The notes beneath the pieces were generated by a model. It had not been told where the DNA came from, did not search any database, and worked only from the letters and a program-made list of their open reading frames with translations. A DNA stretch of 64,000 bases from an uncultured delta proteobacterium. GTDB lineage: Bacteria > Desulfobacterota > Binatia > UBA9968. The stretch spans positions 96,001-160,000 of the forward strand of contig CAWFJP010000018.1 in NCBI GenBank assembly GCA_963816145.1, written 5' to 3'. Position 1 is the first letter of the stretch. Each line of letters begins with the position of its first letter. A program made the position numbers and the translations under genes. This document shows positions 1 through 10,255 of the stretch, piece by piece.

Positions 1-61
1 ACTCGATCGCTGCGTTCAAGTCTTTGCAGTAAATCGCCACATGTTCCAATTGGTAGTTCAT
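1..61 (-). CDS. VOC/glyoxalase family protein, N-terminus (runs off window)
   Basis: Manual translation MNYQLEHVAIYCKDLNAAIE; AGGAGG RBS upstream (62-71). Confidence 0.7.
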   Translation of the reverse strand, partial: MNYQLEHVAIYCKDLNAAIE

Positions 62-284
62 CTTTCCTCCTGCCGGCACACTATCATACATCCGATCCGG
101 CGTCGCCCCGTCGCGCCGGCCGGCGCAAGCACGCGCCTCCAATGAATGTTTGAATGTTGTAGAGGTTTGCGCTTCGCGAACCGCCTGCTAGTTTGTAATT
201 CCCAGGGTGTGGCGGCACAGGCAGGTTGCGGCGCTAAAGCAAACGGAGCAGCCACGGCCGATGTGATTTTCGGTGTGTGTAGAG

Positions 285-2246
285 ATGAATTCCGACCGCG
301 TCACTTCGCAGCGCAAAGCCTTATCCGGATCGGCAGATGTCCGCGATGCGCTCCATGCGGCTGTCCAAGATGCCGATCCGAGCAGCTTGGAACGCGCCCG
401 GTCGCTGATCGCCGGCAGGGTTGCCGCGGATGAACCCGCCCGCGAGTCGGTGGAGCGCGGCGCGGAAAGCGCCGAGCTTCTCGGCAAACTCGGCATGGAT
501 GCCGAGACTCTTGCCGTCGCCCTGCTGTTTCCCCTCGTCGACGACGGGGCACTCGATGTGGCGGCGATCGAGAAATCGGTCGGCATCGAGGTTGCCCGCC
601 TGACCCAAGGGGCCCTTCGTATCGCCAGCCTTAAGGCTCTGCGCAAAACCGCAAGCGAGATTTTACAAGCCAATCGCCTGCGCCAGCTGCTATTGACCAT
701 CGCCGAGGACCCGCGGGTCGTGCTGGTGAGCCTGGCGCACCACCTCTGCGCTCTGCGCCGAGCCGGCAACGCCTCCGAACAGACACGCCACACCCTCGCT
801 CAGGAAACCGTCGAAGTTTTCGCGCCGCTGGCGAACCGCCTGGGCGTTTGGGAGCTCAAACAGGAGCTCGAAGATCTCGCTTTTCGCTACCTGGAGCCGG
901 ACGCTTATCAGCGCATCTCGGACGGGCTCGATCAGCGGCACTCGGACCGTCAGCGTTACATCGCGCAGGTGGTTGCGCAACTGCGCGAAGAATTGCAGCG
1001 CGCCGGCATCAGCGCTGAGATTGGCGGCCGCCCCAAGCATGTTTACAGCGTCTGGAACAAGATGCACCAAAAGGGGCTCGATATCAGTGGCGTCTTCGAT
1101 GTCCTCGGTTTTCGCATCTTAGTGAATGACGTGAGCGACTGTTACGCGGCGCTCGGCGTGGTGCACGGGCTGTGGGAGCCGATCCTGGATGAGTTCGACG
1201 ACTACATTGCCAAACCCAAAGCCAATGGGTATCAGTCGCTGCACTCGGCGGTGATCGGTCCCGAGGGAGTGACGATCGAGGTGCAAATCCGCAGCTTCGC
1301 CATGCATCGCCACGCCGATCTGGGCGTGGCGGCGCACTGGCAGTACAAGGAAGGTCTGCCAAACCGCATCGCGTGGTCGCGCGGCTTCCTGGAAACCGAC
1401 GACAGCATGTCCCCCGGCACAGACCTGATCGAGCGCTTCAAGCAAGCGGCTTTCGTCGATCGCATCTACCTGCTCACACCGCAGGGTCATATCGTAGATC
1501 TCCCGCCCGGCGCCACGCCGCTCGACTTCGCCTATGCGATTCACACCGCGATCGGTCATCGCTGCCGCGGCGCCAAGGTCGATGGCGTGATCGTCTCGCT
1601 TACGGCGCCCCTCGCAAGCGGCCAACAGGTCGAGATCCTGACGGCGCGGCAAGGCCGGCCCAGCCGCGACTGGCTCAATCCCAATCTCGGATATCTGAAA
1701 ACGGCGTCTGCGCGCGCCAAGGTGCGTCGCTGGCTCAAAGAGCAGGATCATGAAGCCCATGTAGCCCAGGGCCGGGCCTTACTCGAGCGCGAGCACCGGC
1801 GCTTGGGCCTGAGCGAGATCAATATCGGCGAACTCGCCAAACGCTTCAATATGCGACCCGAAGAGCTGCTCGCGGCGCTGGGCCGCGGCGCTATCGCCAC
1901 CGCGCGGCTCAGCCAAGTGCTTGGCAGCGAGCTGCCGCCGCCGGCGCCGAGCCCCGCGGCATCATCGCCGCCAACGCTTGCGCGGGCCGACCTGCTGGTG
2001 CAAGGCAAGAGCAACGTTTTGACCAAGATCGCAGGTTGTTGCAGCCCCGCGCCGGGCGAACCCATTGGCGGCTACGTCACCGCGCAGGGAGGCGGTATTT
2101 CGATTCACCGGCGCGATTGTGCGAATCTGCAGCGGCTTGCGGCGCTACGGCCTCAGCGGTTGGTGGAAGTTGCCTGGGGGGAAACGAGCGCGCAGCGCCG
2201 TCCCGCGGGAAAAACGGACGCCGCTCGAAAGCAAAGCGAGCATTAA
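285..2246 (+). CDS. relA: RelA-type (p)ppGpp synthetase; degenerate HD domain, SYNTH, TGS, ZFD, no ACT domain
   Basis: APLANRLG, RPKHxYS, EFDDYIAKPKANGYQSLH, TPLDFAYAIHT, CC..IHRRDC motifs; ALLFP in place of HD. Confidence 0.9.
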   Translation: MNSDRVTSQRKALSGSADVRDALHAAVQDADPSSLERARSLIAGRVAADEPARESVERGAESAELLGKLGMDAETLAVALLFPLVDDGALDVAAIEKSVGIEVARLTQGALRIASLKALRKTASEILQANRLRQLLLTIAEDPRVVLVSLAHHLCALRRAGNASEQTRHTLAQETVEVFAPLANRLGVWELKQELEDLAFRYLEPDAYQRISDGLDQRHSDRQRYIAQVVAQLREELQRAGISAEIGGRPKHVYSVWNKMHQKGLDISGVFDVLGFRILVNDVSDCYAALGVVHGLWEPILDEFDDYIAKPKANGYQSLHSAVIGPEGVTIEVQIRSFAMHRHADLGVAAHWQYKEGLPNRIAWSRGFLETDDSMSPGTDLIERFKQAAFVDRIYLLTPQGHIVDLPPGATPLDFAYAIHTAIGHRCRGAKVDGVIVSLTAPLASGQQVEILTARQGRPSRDWLNPNLGYLKTASARAKVRRWLKEQDHEAHVAQGRALLEREHRRLGLSEINIGELAKRFNMRPEELLAALGRGAIATARLSQVLGSELPPPAPSPAASSPPTLARADLLVQGKSNVLTKIAGCCSPAPGEPIGGYVTAQGGGISIHRRDCANLQRLAALRPQRLVEVAWGETSAQRRPAGKTDAARKQSEH

Positions 2247-2279
2247 AAATACCCGCCACTTGTCATTAACCCTTTCCGT

Positions 2280-2407
2280 TTCGAGTCGGAACACGCGCAA
2301 GCCAAAAATGGTCCTGTGCCTTGTGCAACATGGTGGCCCGGCCGTTGCCACAGTTGATGATACGGTAAACGCCCCCGCCCCACTGTTCTCGTGGTATCCG
2401 CGGCACG
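2280..2407 (-). pseudogene. N-terminal fragment of a RAYT/Y1 transposase
   Basis: Manual translation MPRIPREQWGGGVYRIINCGNGRATMLHKAQD resembles RAYT N-termini (YHVINRGNGR). Confidence 0.55.
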
Positions 2408-2443
2408 AATCGCTTCTAGCCGCTCGATCCGGATCGGACCAAG

Positions 2444-3230
2444 CTATATTGCGGGATCTTCAACGGTTTCGTCCCAAACAAGAGCGTTTTCCGAGCTTAG
2501 AGCCGCCTTTTCACCTACGGACTTGCCCGCGTAAGCTGCCGCCGGTTCCCGCAGAACGTAACTTCCTTGCACTTCGATCAACTCGCGATGTCCGGCCTTG
2601 AAGCCACGCTGATTCTGGACGTTCTCGACAAACGATAGACTGCCCACCGCGATCGATTCCGACCACCGTTCATGACAAGCCGCCAAGCCGTTCTCGATCC
2701 CTCGCTCGATCCACTCACGGTGTGCTCTTTGAAAGTCCTGCAGATCCGAGAATCCACTCAGTTCGCTCAGGCTTCGCAAGTCGATGATTGCGTAACGCTT
2801 CGGCGGCTTTTGGATCTCAGCAAAACCGCTCTCCTTCCACTTCTCAGGGTGACTCACTACCCCGGCACGAACCATGTTCAAGTCAATGTAAACTAAGCAA
2901 CGATTGAGATGTTGGTCGGCTTCGACAGCGGTAGCATGGTAGCGGTCCTGCCAAAATGCCCCGTGGCGTTCTTTGCGCTCATTGTACTCTCGTGCCGTGC
3001 GACCGGCGATGAGCTGCATGCTCTCTGCGATGACGTTTTTGCCGGTATCTTTCACCAGTAAATGAATGTGATTCGATGTCACCATGTAGTCGAGCACGCA
3101 CAAACCAAAACGCTTCTTGGCTTCAAAAAGCCAGTGCAGGTAGCGGCGCCGATCACGCTCAAACTTGAGTAGAAATTCTCTTTGATGGGAGCGGTGTGTG
3201 ATATGCCAGATGTAACCTGGCAGAAAATAA
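2444..3230 (-). mobile_element. REP-associated tyrosine transposase (RAYT, Y1_Tnp), apparently missing its native start
   Basis: YIWHITHR, HUH motif NHIHLL, FWQDRY, YIDLNMVRAG; stop directly followed by CTTGGTCCGATCCGG. Confidence 0.85.
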
Positions 3231-3327
3231 AAGCCACCGACAATTCGCTTGCGGCGCAGGATTGTCGTGAAGTAAAAGTCAGACCCCGTGCTTTCCCCGC
3301 CGTGCTTTCCCCGCCGCGCTTTCCCCT
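3229..3327 (+). repeat. ~70-bp repeat family C (ends AAAGTCAGACCCCGTGCTTTCCCC) plus 14-bp tandem x3
   Basis: Near-copy at 12868-12935, partial at 11951-11965; CCGTGCTTTCCCCG tandem 3286-3327. Confidence 0.8.
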
Positions 3328-3372
3328 GGTCGGTGTGTGACGCCTGTGCAGCTAGCTGGCGGGCCGCGCTGT

Positions 3373-4161
3373 TCAGTCGACCACCGATCGATCGGCAACC
3401 AGCGAGCGCTGGAGCCACTGGAACATCCGCCATCCGACGGGGTCAAGCGCAAGTGTCGATGCCGCAGCCGCAGAGGCTTCGTCGGAGATCGGCCGCCCGT
3501 TCGGCGCTTTCACGTGGACCTCGGCCACCCGTTCGGCCATCACGAACCATCCAACCGATTCCTCCACCGACCGGCCGACCGTGAGCAGGCCGTGGTTGCG
3601 CAGGATGCAGAACTTCTTGTGGCCGAGCGCTGCGGCGATGCGCCTGCCGCCATCGATCGAAAGCACTTCAACTTCCTCATCGTCGAAGAGCGCCTGGTCG
3701 AACACGAAGGCACAGGCCTCCTGACTGAGCGCGCGGAACGGCTCGACGTTGGCCGACCATGGCGTACCGAAGGCGGTGTGGGTGTGAGCTGCGCTGACGA
3801 CGTCGGGACGGGCAGCGAGCAGCGGATGGTGGATGTTGTAGCCGGCCGTGTTGACGGCACCGGTGGCGTTGCCGTCGGCATCCTTCACCTCGCCACCGGG
3901 ACCGACCAGCACCAACTGGTGGACCGTCGCCTGGCTGAAAGGGACACCCCAGTCGAGCAGCCAAAAGTGATCGGTCAACTCAGGGTCACGGGCCGATATG
4001 TGGCCGTCGCCGAGCATCCCCCAGCGCATCGCGCCAAAGATGCGGTATCCAAGCGCACACATCCGCTTGCGGTGCGCCCGTTCGCCGGCAACCGAACGGA
4101 CCGTGCCGTAGGGCTCGACCCCGTCAAACGGTGGATAGGGACTCGTTGTCACGTCGCTCAT
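3373..4161 (-). CDS. Class II aldolase/adducin family protein
   Basis: GHISARDP, IHHPL, AHTHT, ILRNHGLLTVG. Confidence 0.9.
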   Translation of the reverse strand: MSDVTTSPYPPFDGVEPYGTVRSVAGERAHRKRMCALGYRIFGAMRWGMLGDGHISARDPELTDHFWLLDWGVPFSQATVHQLVLVGPGGEVKDADGNATGAVNTAGYNIHHPLLAARPDVVSAAHTHTAFGTPWSANVEPFRALSQEACAFVFDQALFDDEEVEVLSIDGGRRIAAALGHKKFCILRNHGLLTVGRSVEESVGWFVMAERVAEVHVKAPNGRPISDEASAAAASTLALDPVGWRMFQWLQRSLVADRSVVD

Positions 4162-4193
4162 GCTACGTCGCGCGATTTAATCGGGTGCAGTCT

Positions 4194-4380
4194 CGGCTTA
4201 CACTGAGTGAAACGGTTGAACATGTTTTTCTTAATATCGCCTCATGCCTGTGTGGTGCGCGCGGCATCGTTTTTCTTAGAGGTCGCTTTTTCGCTTCGAA
4301 ACGCTATCTCTAAGCTCTTAAACAACGCCTTTTAAGCCATCTTATATTGGCAAATCAAGAACTTGCTTGGTCCGACCCGG
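4194..4380 (+). repeat. ~190-bp repeat family A (non-coding RAYT-end-like element)
   Basis: Similar to 6362-6558; ends CTCTAAGCTC...CTTGGTCCGACCCGG with about the same spacing as the RAYT 3' end. Confidence 0.8.
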
Positions 4381-4582
4381 CGTCGGTCGCCTTTTGTCAC
4401 CCTTTTGGCTAGCGATAACTCTGGCCGGTCGGCTAAGCCGATTCTTACTGTGGCGAAAGCTCAGCGTCAAACTGAAGTCGATGATCGAAACGTCGCATTC
4501 AGAATGATCAAGATTAAAAGGCCTGGCCTCGGATCTTTCCAGATCTTTACCGGTCCGACGCGGAAGTTCAGCTTGAATCGTC

Positions 4583-4611
4583 TTGACCACAAGCTGTCTT
4601 GTATATACGAT
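4583..4611 (+). promoter_or_regulatory. sigma70 promoter of brnTA, leaderless, with inverted-repeat operator
   Basis: TTGACC-17bp-TACGAT, ATG 6 nt downstream; ACAAG..CTTGT in the spacer. Confidence 0.6.
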
Positions 4612-4617
4612 TTGCCA

Positions 4618-4893
4618 ATGTTGTATCGGTGCGACGAACGCAAGCGGAGAGCCAATCTCAAGGCTCACAAGCTCGACTTTCGCGATGCACCCGAGGTGTT
4701 TGACGGCCTCACAGTTACTTACGAGGACGATCGATTCGACTATGGCGAGCAGCGCTACGTGACGTTAGGGTTTCTCAAAGGGATTGTCGTTTCCATCGTC
4801 CATACCGAAACCGAAAAACAAATTCGTATTATCTCTTTTAGAAAGGCGACACGAAATGAAGAAGCGTACCTCTTCAAAAGTCTCCAAAACTGA
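4618..4893 (+). CDS. brnT: BrnT family toxin
   Basis: DERKRRANLKAHKLDF...YGEQRYVTLG...IRIISFRKAT. Confidence 0.88.
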   Translation: MLYRCDERKRRANLKAHKLDFRDAPEVFDGLTVTYEDDRFDYGEQRYVTLGFLKGIVVSIVHTETEKQIRIISFRKATRNEEAYLFKSLQN

Positions 4894-5134
4894 TTGGCAA
4901 GGACTACGGGCAATGAAGACATCTCAAATCAAGCTATCGAAAGAGCATCCGGAACTTGATCTCAAGCATGTCGCGCGGGCGATTGTTCGCAAGGGCCTGC
5001 AACCTATCCCGCCAAAGACGTCGATCGCGCTGCGGGTCGACGCCGACGTTGTCGAGTGGTTCAAATCCCAGGGACCCGGCTATCAAACGCGCATGAATGC
5101 TGTACTGCGAGCTTTTAAAGAAGCCTCAATTTAG
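4856..5134 (+). CDS. brnA: BrnA family antitoxin
   Basis: SKTDW...LRVDADVVEWFKSQGPGYQTRMNAVLR; overlaps toxin. Confidence 0.88.
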   Translation: MKKRTSSKVSKTDWQGLRAMKTSQIKLSKEHPELDLKHVARAIVRKGLQPIPPKTSIALRVDADVVEWFKSQGPGYQTRMNAVLRAFKEASI

Positions 5135-5362
5135 CAGAATCGCTCGCCCGCCTGGTTGCCGCCTTCGGCGAATCGACCCGAGTCGATACGAGTCGCCAAC
5201 CGCCGACGGATTATACGATATCGCGTGAATTTTGTTCGCGCCGCGGGCAATGCGTGCCGCCGCTAAAGTTTTGAGCGAGCTGTCCTCGCTGACAAGGACC
5301 TGACAGCCGCTCGCTTTTTCAACCAGGCTAAGGACCGTGCGGGTTACTTCTCGAAGTGTCAT
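5126..5362 (-). pseudogene. Truncated hypothetical protein (MTLREVTR...)
   Basis: Starts at the edge of repeat family B; a similar start (MPIRE) follows the copy at 11566. Confidence 0.4.
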
Positions 5363-5541
5363 GGAGTGATACCATAGCATAAACGGATCAAGCACAAACC
5401 GCCCGCCGTCGGTATGAGACCACGTCATAAGATCGGGTACTGGCGCGAGCAGGCTCAGTGGAAATCGAATCGGCGAGGCAGGTTCATCGGTCGACTGATA
5501 CTTGAGGAGGGATAGTCAATAAAGCAAGGCCAGGCCCAATC
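5360..5541 (+). repeat. ~180-bp repeat family B (ends TAGTCAATAAAGCAAGGCCAGGCC)
   Basis: Copies at 11566-11749 and partial 10256-10360. Confidence 0.85.
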
Positions 5542-5645
5542 ACGTAGCCTCCGTAGCCTGGCCCCCGAGCCTTAATCTGACAAGAGCGTTGCAATAAATC
5601 ATTGGGGTAGAATTTCGCCATGCCTATTGGCTATAATCAACCGCT

Positions 5646-5885
5646 ATGGAGGCTTCGATGGAAGTTTACCCGGGGATAACGATGAACTCGGAAGTGCGCT
5701 TTGGCAAGCCTTGTATCAAAGGCACAAGAATCGATGTTGCAACGGTACTCGGTAGATTTGCCGCAGGCGACAAGATCGAAGACATCCAAGAAGATTATCG
5801 GCTCACGCGAGACCAAGTCATGTCTGCGCTCGCTTATGCTACGCACGTTGCCGAGCATCTACCTCCCGCCGTCAAATCCGCATGA
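5646..5885 (+). CDS. DUF433 family antitoxin
   Basis: VRFGKPCIKGTRIDV...EDYRLTRDQVMSALAYA. Confidence 0.88.
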   Translation: MEASMEVYPGITMNSEVRFGKPCIKGTRIDVATVLGRFAAGDKIEDIQEDYRLTRDQVMSALAYATHVAEHLPPAVKSA

Positions 5886-6241
5886 TCATCTTGCTGGATG
5901 AAAACTTCCCACTGCGATTCTATACCAGGCTGCAAAAAGAAGGTCTCGCGGTACAGCACATCCTGCTAACCGATCGCGGCATCGATGACAAGCAGATCAC
6001 CGCTCGGCTGATGCAGGAAGAGATGCTTTTCCTGACACAAGACGAAGACTTTGTCGAAGCTGCGCCCGACTGTAAGGCCAGCATCATCTGGTCTCGTGTG
6101 TCGCAATCGATGGCGATAGACCAACGGGTTGAAATCTGGCTTAACGCCGTGAGGCAGTTCTTTGCCAAACCGTGGAATGAAAACTTCTTTGAGTTATACG
6201 ACGACGGACAACTTCATCCCGTTGAGGTTGTAAAGAGATAG
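5882..6241 (+). CDS. DUF5615 PIN-like toxin
   Basis: LLDENFP...DDKQI...LTQDEDF; ATGA overlap with DUF433. Confidence 0.85.
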   Translation: MIILLDENFPLRFYTRLQKEGLAVQHILLTDRGIDDKQITARLMQEEMLFLTQDEDFVEAAPDCKASIIWSRVSQSMAIDQRVEIWLNAVRQFFAKPWNENFFELYDDGQLHPVEVVKR

Positions 6242-6361
6242 CGGTCTTCGCCGGGTCGGACCAACGACAAAAACCAAACCCACCAGGGATCGCGCCACCA
6301 GCTCGTCAGTGTTGGATTCAAAAGGTCTTGAACGGACCCCGGATTAGATTTGCGGGATTGC

Positions 6362-6584
6362 ACGGCTAGAACGGAGTGAAACGGTTGAACTTGTTTTATC
6401 TCACTGTTGCCTCATGCCTCACGCCTAATTGGTGCACGTGGCAGCGGTTTTCTTAGAGATCGCTTTTTCGCTTCGAAAAGCTGTCTCTAAGCTCTTAAAC
6501 AAAGCCTTTTAAGCCAGCTTATATTGGCAAATCAAGAACTTGCCTCGGTCCGACCCGGCATCGTCTACTCCGGCATCGTCTACT
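6362..6584 (+). repeat. Repeat family A copy 2 plus 15-bp tandem duplication
   Basis: Similar to 4194-4380; CCGGCATCGTCTACT x2 at 6555-6584. Confidence 0.8.
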
Positions 6585-6595
6585 GCGATGGGCGT

Positions 6596-7615
6596 TCAGA
6601 TTTTGTAAAACCTCTTGGCATTTTCTCCCAGGATCAGCTTCTTGTGTTCATCGCTGATATCATGTCGGTGCTCGATTTCATCGATCTCGTGGCGAGCATC
6701 CTCCATCGGAATTTCATGAGGGAAATCGGACGCGAACATACACGGTTGTGGACCGATAAGATTCACGACACTGGACAGAGCCCTCTCATTTCCCTCACAG
6801 CCGACATAAAAATTACCACTGGTAAAGTAGTCAAGAACTGGCCTTTGGCAGTGAAGCTCGCCGTACTCGTGTTCCCTTTCGAGCCTGTCAACGATCATGG
6901 GAATCCAGCCGGTTCCTCCCTCCATAAACCCCACCCTCAAATTAGGAAACGCATCCCATACCCCATCCTGAATCATCCCTGTCATGGCAATCGCCAGAGG
7001 CATAGGCATCCCTAACGCTCGGGTTCCCGGAAATTTGGTGAAGGTGTTAAATCCGAGATCGCTGTAACTGCCGCCGTGGATGCCAACGGCGCAGTCCAAT
7101 TTTTGCGCTTCCTCGTAAATTGGCCAGAACTCCTTTGCGCTAAGGTGTCTCTTTAGGCCGTTGGAAGGAATGTAAGCGCCAACAAATCCAAGGTCATTTA
7201 CCGCCCGCCGAAGCTCTGCAACGGCACTGGGCGGGTCCTGCATTGGAATCAGAGCCATCGCCTTCAATCGTGGACTTTTTCTCAGATACGTTTCATGAAC
7301 GTAGTCGTTCCACGCTCTGGCGTATGCAACCGCCCATTCCGGAATTACCACGTGACCGTAAGCGAGCGCTGTGGTCGTGTAAAGAACAGTAGACTCTAAT
7401 CCGGTCTTGTCCAAATACTCCAGCCATTGCTCGGGACCGACGTTGAAATCAAATGTGCCTTTTTTTCGCAGCTGCGGAGTATGAAACTCATCTAGGGAAG
7501 GTAGTAATCTTCGCTCTGCGACGGTATCGGCGCTCCTCCAAGGTTCTTCCAGATACCCGATTAAGTCCGCTGCTCTCTCCATAATATGACCGTCAGCATC
7601 AACATAGTGTGGCAT
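6596..7615 (-). CDS. Amidohydrolase_2 family protein
   Basis: DADGH, GIHGG, MEGGTGW, FASDFPH, LGENAKRFY. Confidence 0.9.
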   Translation of the reverse strand: MPHYVDADGHIMERAADLIGYLEEPWRSADTVAERRLLPSLDEFHTPQLRKKGTFDFNVGPEQWLEYLDKTGLESTVLYTTTALAYGHVVIPEWAVAYARAWNDYVHETYLRKSPRLKAMALIPMQDPPSAVAELRRAVNDLGFVGAYIPSNGLKRHLSAKEFWPIYEEAQKLDCAVGIHGGSYSDLGFNTFTKFPGTRALGMPMPLAIAMTGMIQDGVWDAFPNLRVGFMEGGTGWIPMIVDRLEREHEYGELHCQRPVLDYFTSGNFYVGCEGNERALSSVVNLIGPQPCMFASDFPHEIPMEDARHEIDEIEHRHDISDEHKKLILGENAKRFYKI

Positions 7616-7715
7616 GGTTCTCTCCTTTTACGACCGATCACTTAAAATTCCCCGCTCCGCTTATTCTTGGGTATTGTCGCGAGACTTTTTTCGCGGGCGA
7701 CCCATTCGCCGGACG

Positions 7716-8684
7716 TTACTTCATCGCTTCGTCAACATAACGATTAGTAAATGTCTGTTTGGGGTCCAACTCCTTGGCCTTCGGGCTATCGAGAAATTTT
7801 ATCCCGTTGGCCATCGCCTTCTCGATCGTCAGTAAAGACTCTGGGAAATAGGGTTGAATATATTCCAAGGTAGCCTGAAGGGTCGTCTCGTCTTGAACGC
7901 GGAGGTAGCGGCGCAGAGCTTTTTTACTGACTTGGGCGTCTGTCTTGGCCAAGCGCAACCCCTCGCCCATCGCCCGCAGAAAATTCACCGCCACGTTATG
8001 GTTGCGCGGAATTTTGAGCCAGGATTCCCGCGCCGCCACCGTGGCGTTAGGGTAAAGCCCATACTCGCTGTCGGCTGGTCGAAATAAGGCTTGAAATCCG
8101 GCTTGTTTGGTTTTTAGGCTAAATGGATATCCGAGCATTGCGGCATCGACTGCGCCGTTCGTGAGCGCCGCGAACGATTCAGCGTTACCGCCCGCCTGGA
8201 TGAACAAGACATCGGCTGGTTTCATGCCGCGAGAATCGAGCATCGCAACTGCGGCGAAATAAGTCGATGCGCCAATGCGGCTAACGGCGACCTTTTTCCC
8301 CTTCAAATCGTTGATCGACTTGATCTCGGGCTTGGCCATGCCGTTGATGGTGAGCACTTGCAAGTAACTACCGATGACGGTGAGATCGCTGCCGGCTAGC
8401 CGGCTGGAGACAATTCCCCCGCCGCCGGTCAGACCGATGGAAAATTCTCCAGCCATCATCGCCGAAACGATCAACGGCGTGCCGCCAAAAAACACCGGCA
8501 CGACATCTAAGCCTTGCTTCTGAAAAAGCTTTTCGTCGATCGCAATAAAGAACGGTAGGGTCGCCGCCGTGATCGGTGTGTAGCCGACGGTGAGCTTGAT
8601 GAGATCCGGTTGAGCCGCGTGCGCACGAGCACTGAACACGCAAAGCGTCACTAGGGCGGCGAATTTTAAGACTCGTTTCATCAT
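7716..8684 (-). CDS. ABC transporter substrate-binding protein (NMT1/SsuA-like)
   Basis: Signal peptide; IKSINDLKGKKVAVSRIGAST; GAVDAA. Confidence 0.85.
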   Translation of the reverse strand: MMKRVLKFAALVTLCVFSARAHAAQPDLIKLTVGYTPITAATLPFFIAIDEKLFQKQGLDVVPVFFGGTPLIVSAMMAGEFSIGLTGGGGIVSSRLAGSDLTVIGSYLQVLTINGMAKPEIKSINDLKGKKVAVSRIGASTYFAAVAMLDSRGMKPADVLFIQAGGNAESFAALTNGAVDAAMLGYPFSLKTKQAGFQALFRPADSEYGLYPNATVAARESWLKIPRNHNVAVNFLRAMGEGLRLAKTDAQVSKKALRRYLRVQDETTLQATLEYIQPYFPESLLTIEKAMANGIKFLDSPKAKELDPKQTFTNRYVDEAMK

Positions 8685-8961
8685 TCTCTCCCCAGCTACA
8701 CTCAATAGGTGTTGAACCACGTTGGGTCAATTTTTCTATTGCCGCGCACGCCCCCGCGACTCCACGCCAGCGTTACTTCAGCGGTTCGTCAACAAACCGT
8801 TTTTACCTTTATTATAGAGTCTGACTTGGATGCAACTGTTTTGCGCGCACAGAGAGAGGACGGAAGGATCAAGGAACAGAGAAAATCAAATCCACCCGAC
8901 ACGAGGATTGGAGATCCCCAGCACCGGTAACCGACGCCCCATCGATTCGGGTCGGACCAAG

Positions 8962-9523
8962 CTATGTCGCGGCATCTTCAACGGTTTCGTCCCAAGCAAG
9001 AGCGTTTTCCGAGCTTAGAGCCGCCTTTTCACCTACGAACTTGCCCGCGTAAGCTGCCGCCGGTTCGCACAGAACGTAACTTCCTTGCACTTGGGTCACA
9101 TCGCGATGTGCCGTTTTGAAACCAAGCTGATTCCGGACGTTCTCGACAAACGATAGACTGCCCACCGCGATCGATTCCGACCACCGCCGTTGACGAGCCG
9201 CCAAGCCGTTCTCGATCCCTCGCTCGACCCACTCACGGTGTGCTCTTTGAAAGTCCTGCAGATCCGAGAATCCACTCAGTTCGCTCAAGCTTCGCAAGTC
9301 GATGATTGCGTAACGCTTCGGCGGCTTTTGGATCTCAGCAAAACCGCTCTCCTTCCACTTCTCAGGGTGACTCACTACCCCGGCACGAACCATGTTCAAG
9401 TCGATGTAAACTAAGCAACGATTGAGATGTTGGTCGGCTTCGACAGCGGTAGCATGGTAGCGGTCCTCCCAGAATGGCCCATGGCGTTTTTTGCGCTCAT
9501 TGTACTCTTGTGCCGTGCGGCCG
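8962..9523 (-). mobile_element. RAYT C-terminal remnant (second copy)
   Basis: Highly similar to 2444-3005; 5' half replaced by the vapBC promoter region. Confidence 0.85.
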
Positions 9524-9527
9524 GTGA

Positions 9528-9556
9528 TTGCACACCAATGTGCAGTAATGTACAAT
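9528..9556 (+). promoter_or_regulatory. sigma70 promoter with palindromic operator
   Basis: TTGCAC-17bp-TACAAT; TGCACA-ccaa-TGTGCA at 9529-9544. Confidence 0.65.
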
Positions 9557-9580
9557 CCGGCTGATGGAGGGCGAACGTTT

Positions 9581-9811
9581 ATGATAAGTCTATCGTTTAC
9601 TGAGTTTCGAAGGAGAGCGTCAGAAATTTTGACTCTCGTCGAAAAGGGTGAAACGATTCGTGTCGTTCGCCACGGCAAGACAGTGGCGAAAATCATTCCG
9701 GCTGACACCGAAGAGAAAATTCCGGCATGGAAGCGACCCGGTTTGAGACTAACCCGTCCGGGCGCATCGCTCAGCAAGGCGATTTTGCAGGAAAGGCGAA
9801 AGTCACGTTGA
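9581..9811 (+). CDS. Phd/YefM antitoxin
   Basis: SFTEFRRRASEILTLVEKGETIRVVRHGKTVAKIIP; GGAGG RBS. Confidence 0.88.
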   Translation: MISLSFTEFRRRASEILTLVEKGETIRVVRHGKTVAKIIPADTEEKIPAWKRPGLRLTRPGASLSKAILQERRKSR

Positions 9812-10227
9812 ACGTTTTCTTCGATTCATCGGCCCTGGCTAAACGATACATTGAAGAGAAAGGAAGCGATCAAATTCAAGCGATCCTCTCTTCTGCTTCA
9901 ACTTTAGCCGTCTCGGTGATCTGCGTTCCAGAAATCGTCTCGGCTTTATGCCGCCGTCGGCGCGAACGCAAACTGTCAATTGAAGAGTACCGAAATGCCA
10001 GGGCATCGGTACTTTCGGACATCGACGACGCTACGGTCATCGGCCTTACTGAGGAAGTGATCGCTCAGGCGGTGGCGCTGCTTGAGCAGTTCTCCCTCGG
10101 TAGTGCGGATGCCTTACATGTCGCCTGCGCCTCGGCGTGGTCGACAGACCTGTTCGTTTCTGCCGACGACCGTCAGTGTACAGCCGCTAGAGCGCACGGT
10201 CTCCGAGTCGAAGCCATAAGGGTATAG
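9808..10227 (+). CDS. vapC: VapC PIN-domain toxin
   Basis: FFDSSALAKRY...DALHVACA...FVSADDRQ; TTGA overlap. Confidence 0.88.
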   Translation: MNVFFDSSALAKRYIEEKGSDQIQAILSSASTLAVSVICVPEIVSALCRRRRERKLSIEEYRNARASVLSDIDDATVIGLTEEVIAQAVALLEQFSLGSADALHVACASAWSTDLFVSADDRQCTAARAHGLRVEAIRV

Positions 10228-10255
10228 CAAATTTATACCGGCGACGAGGTCGCTA

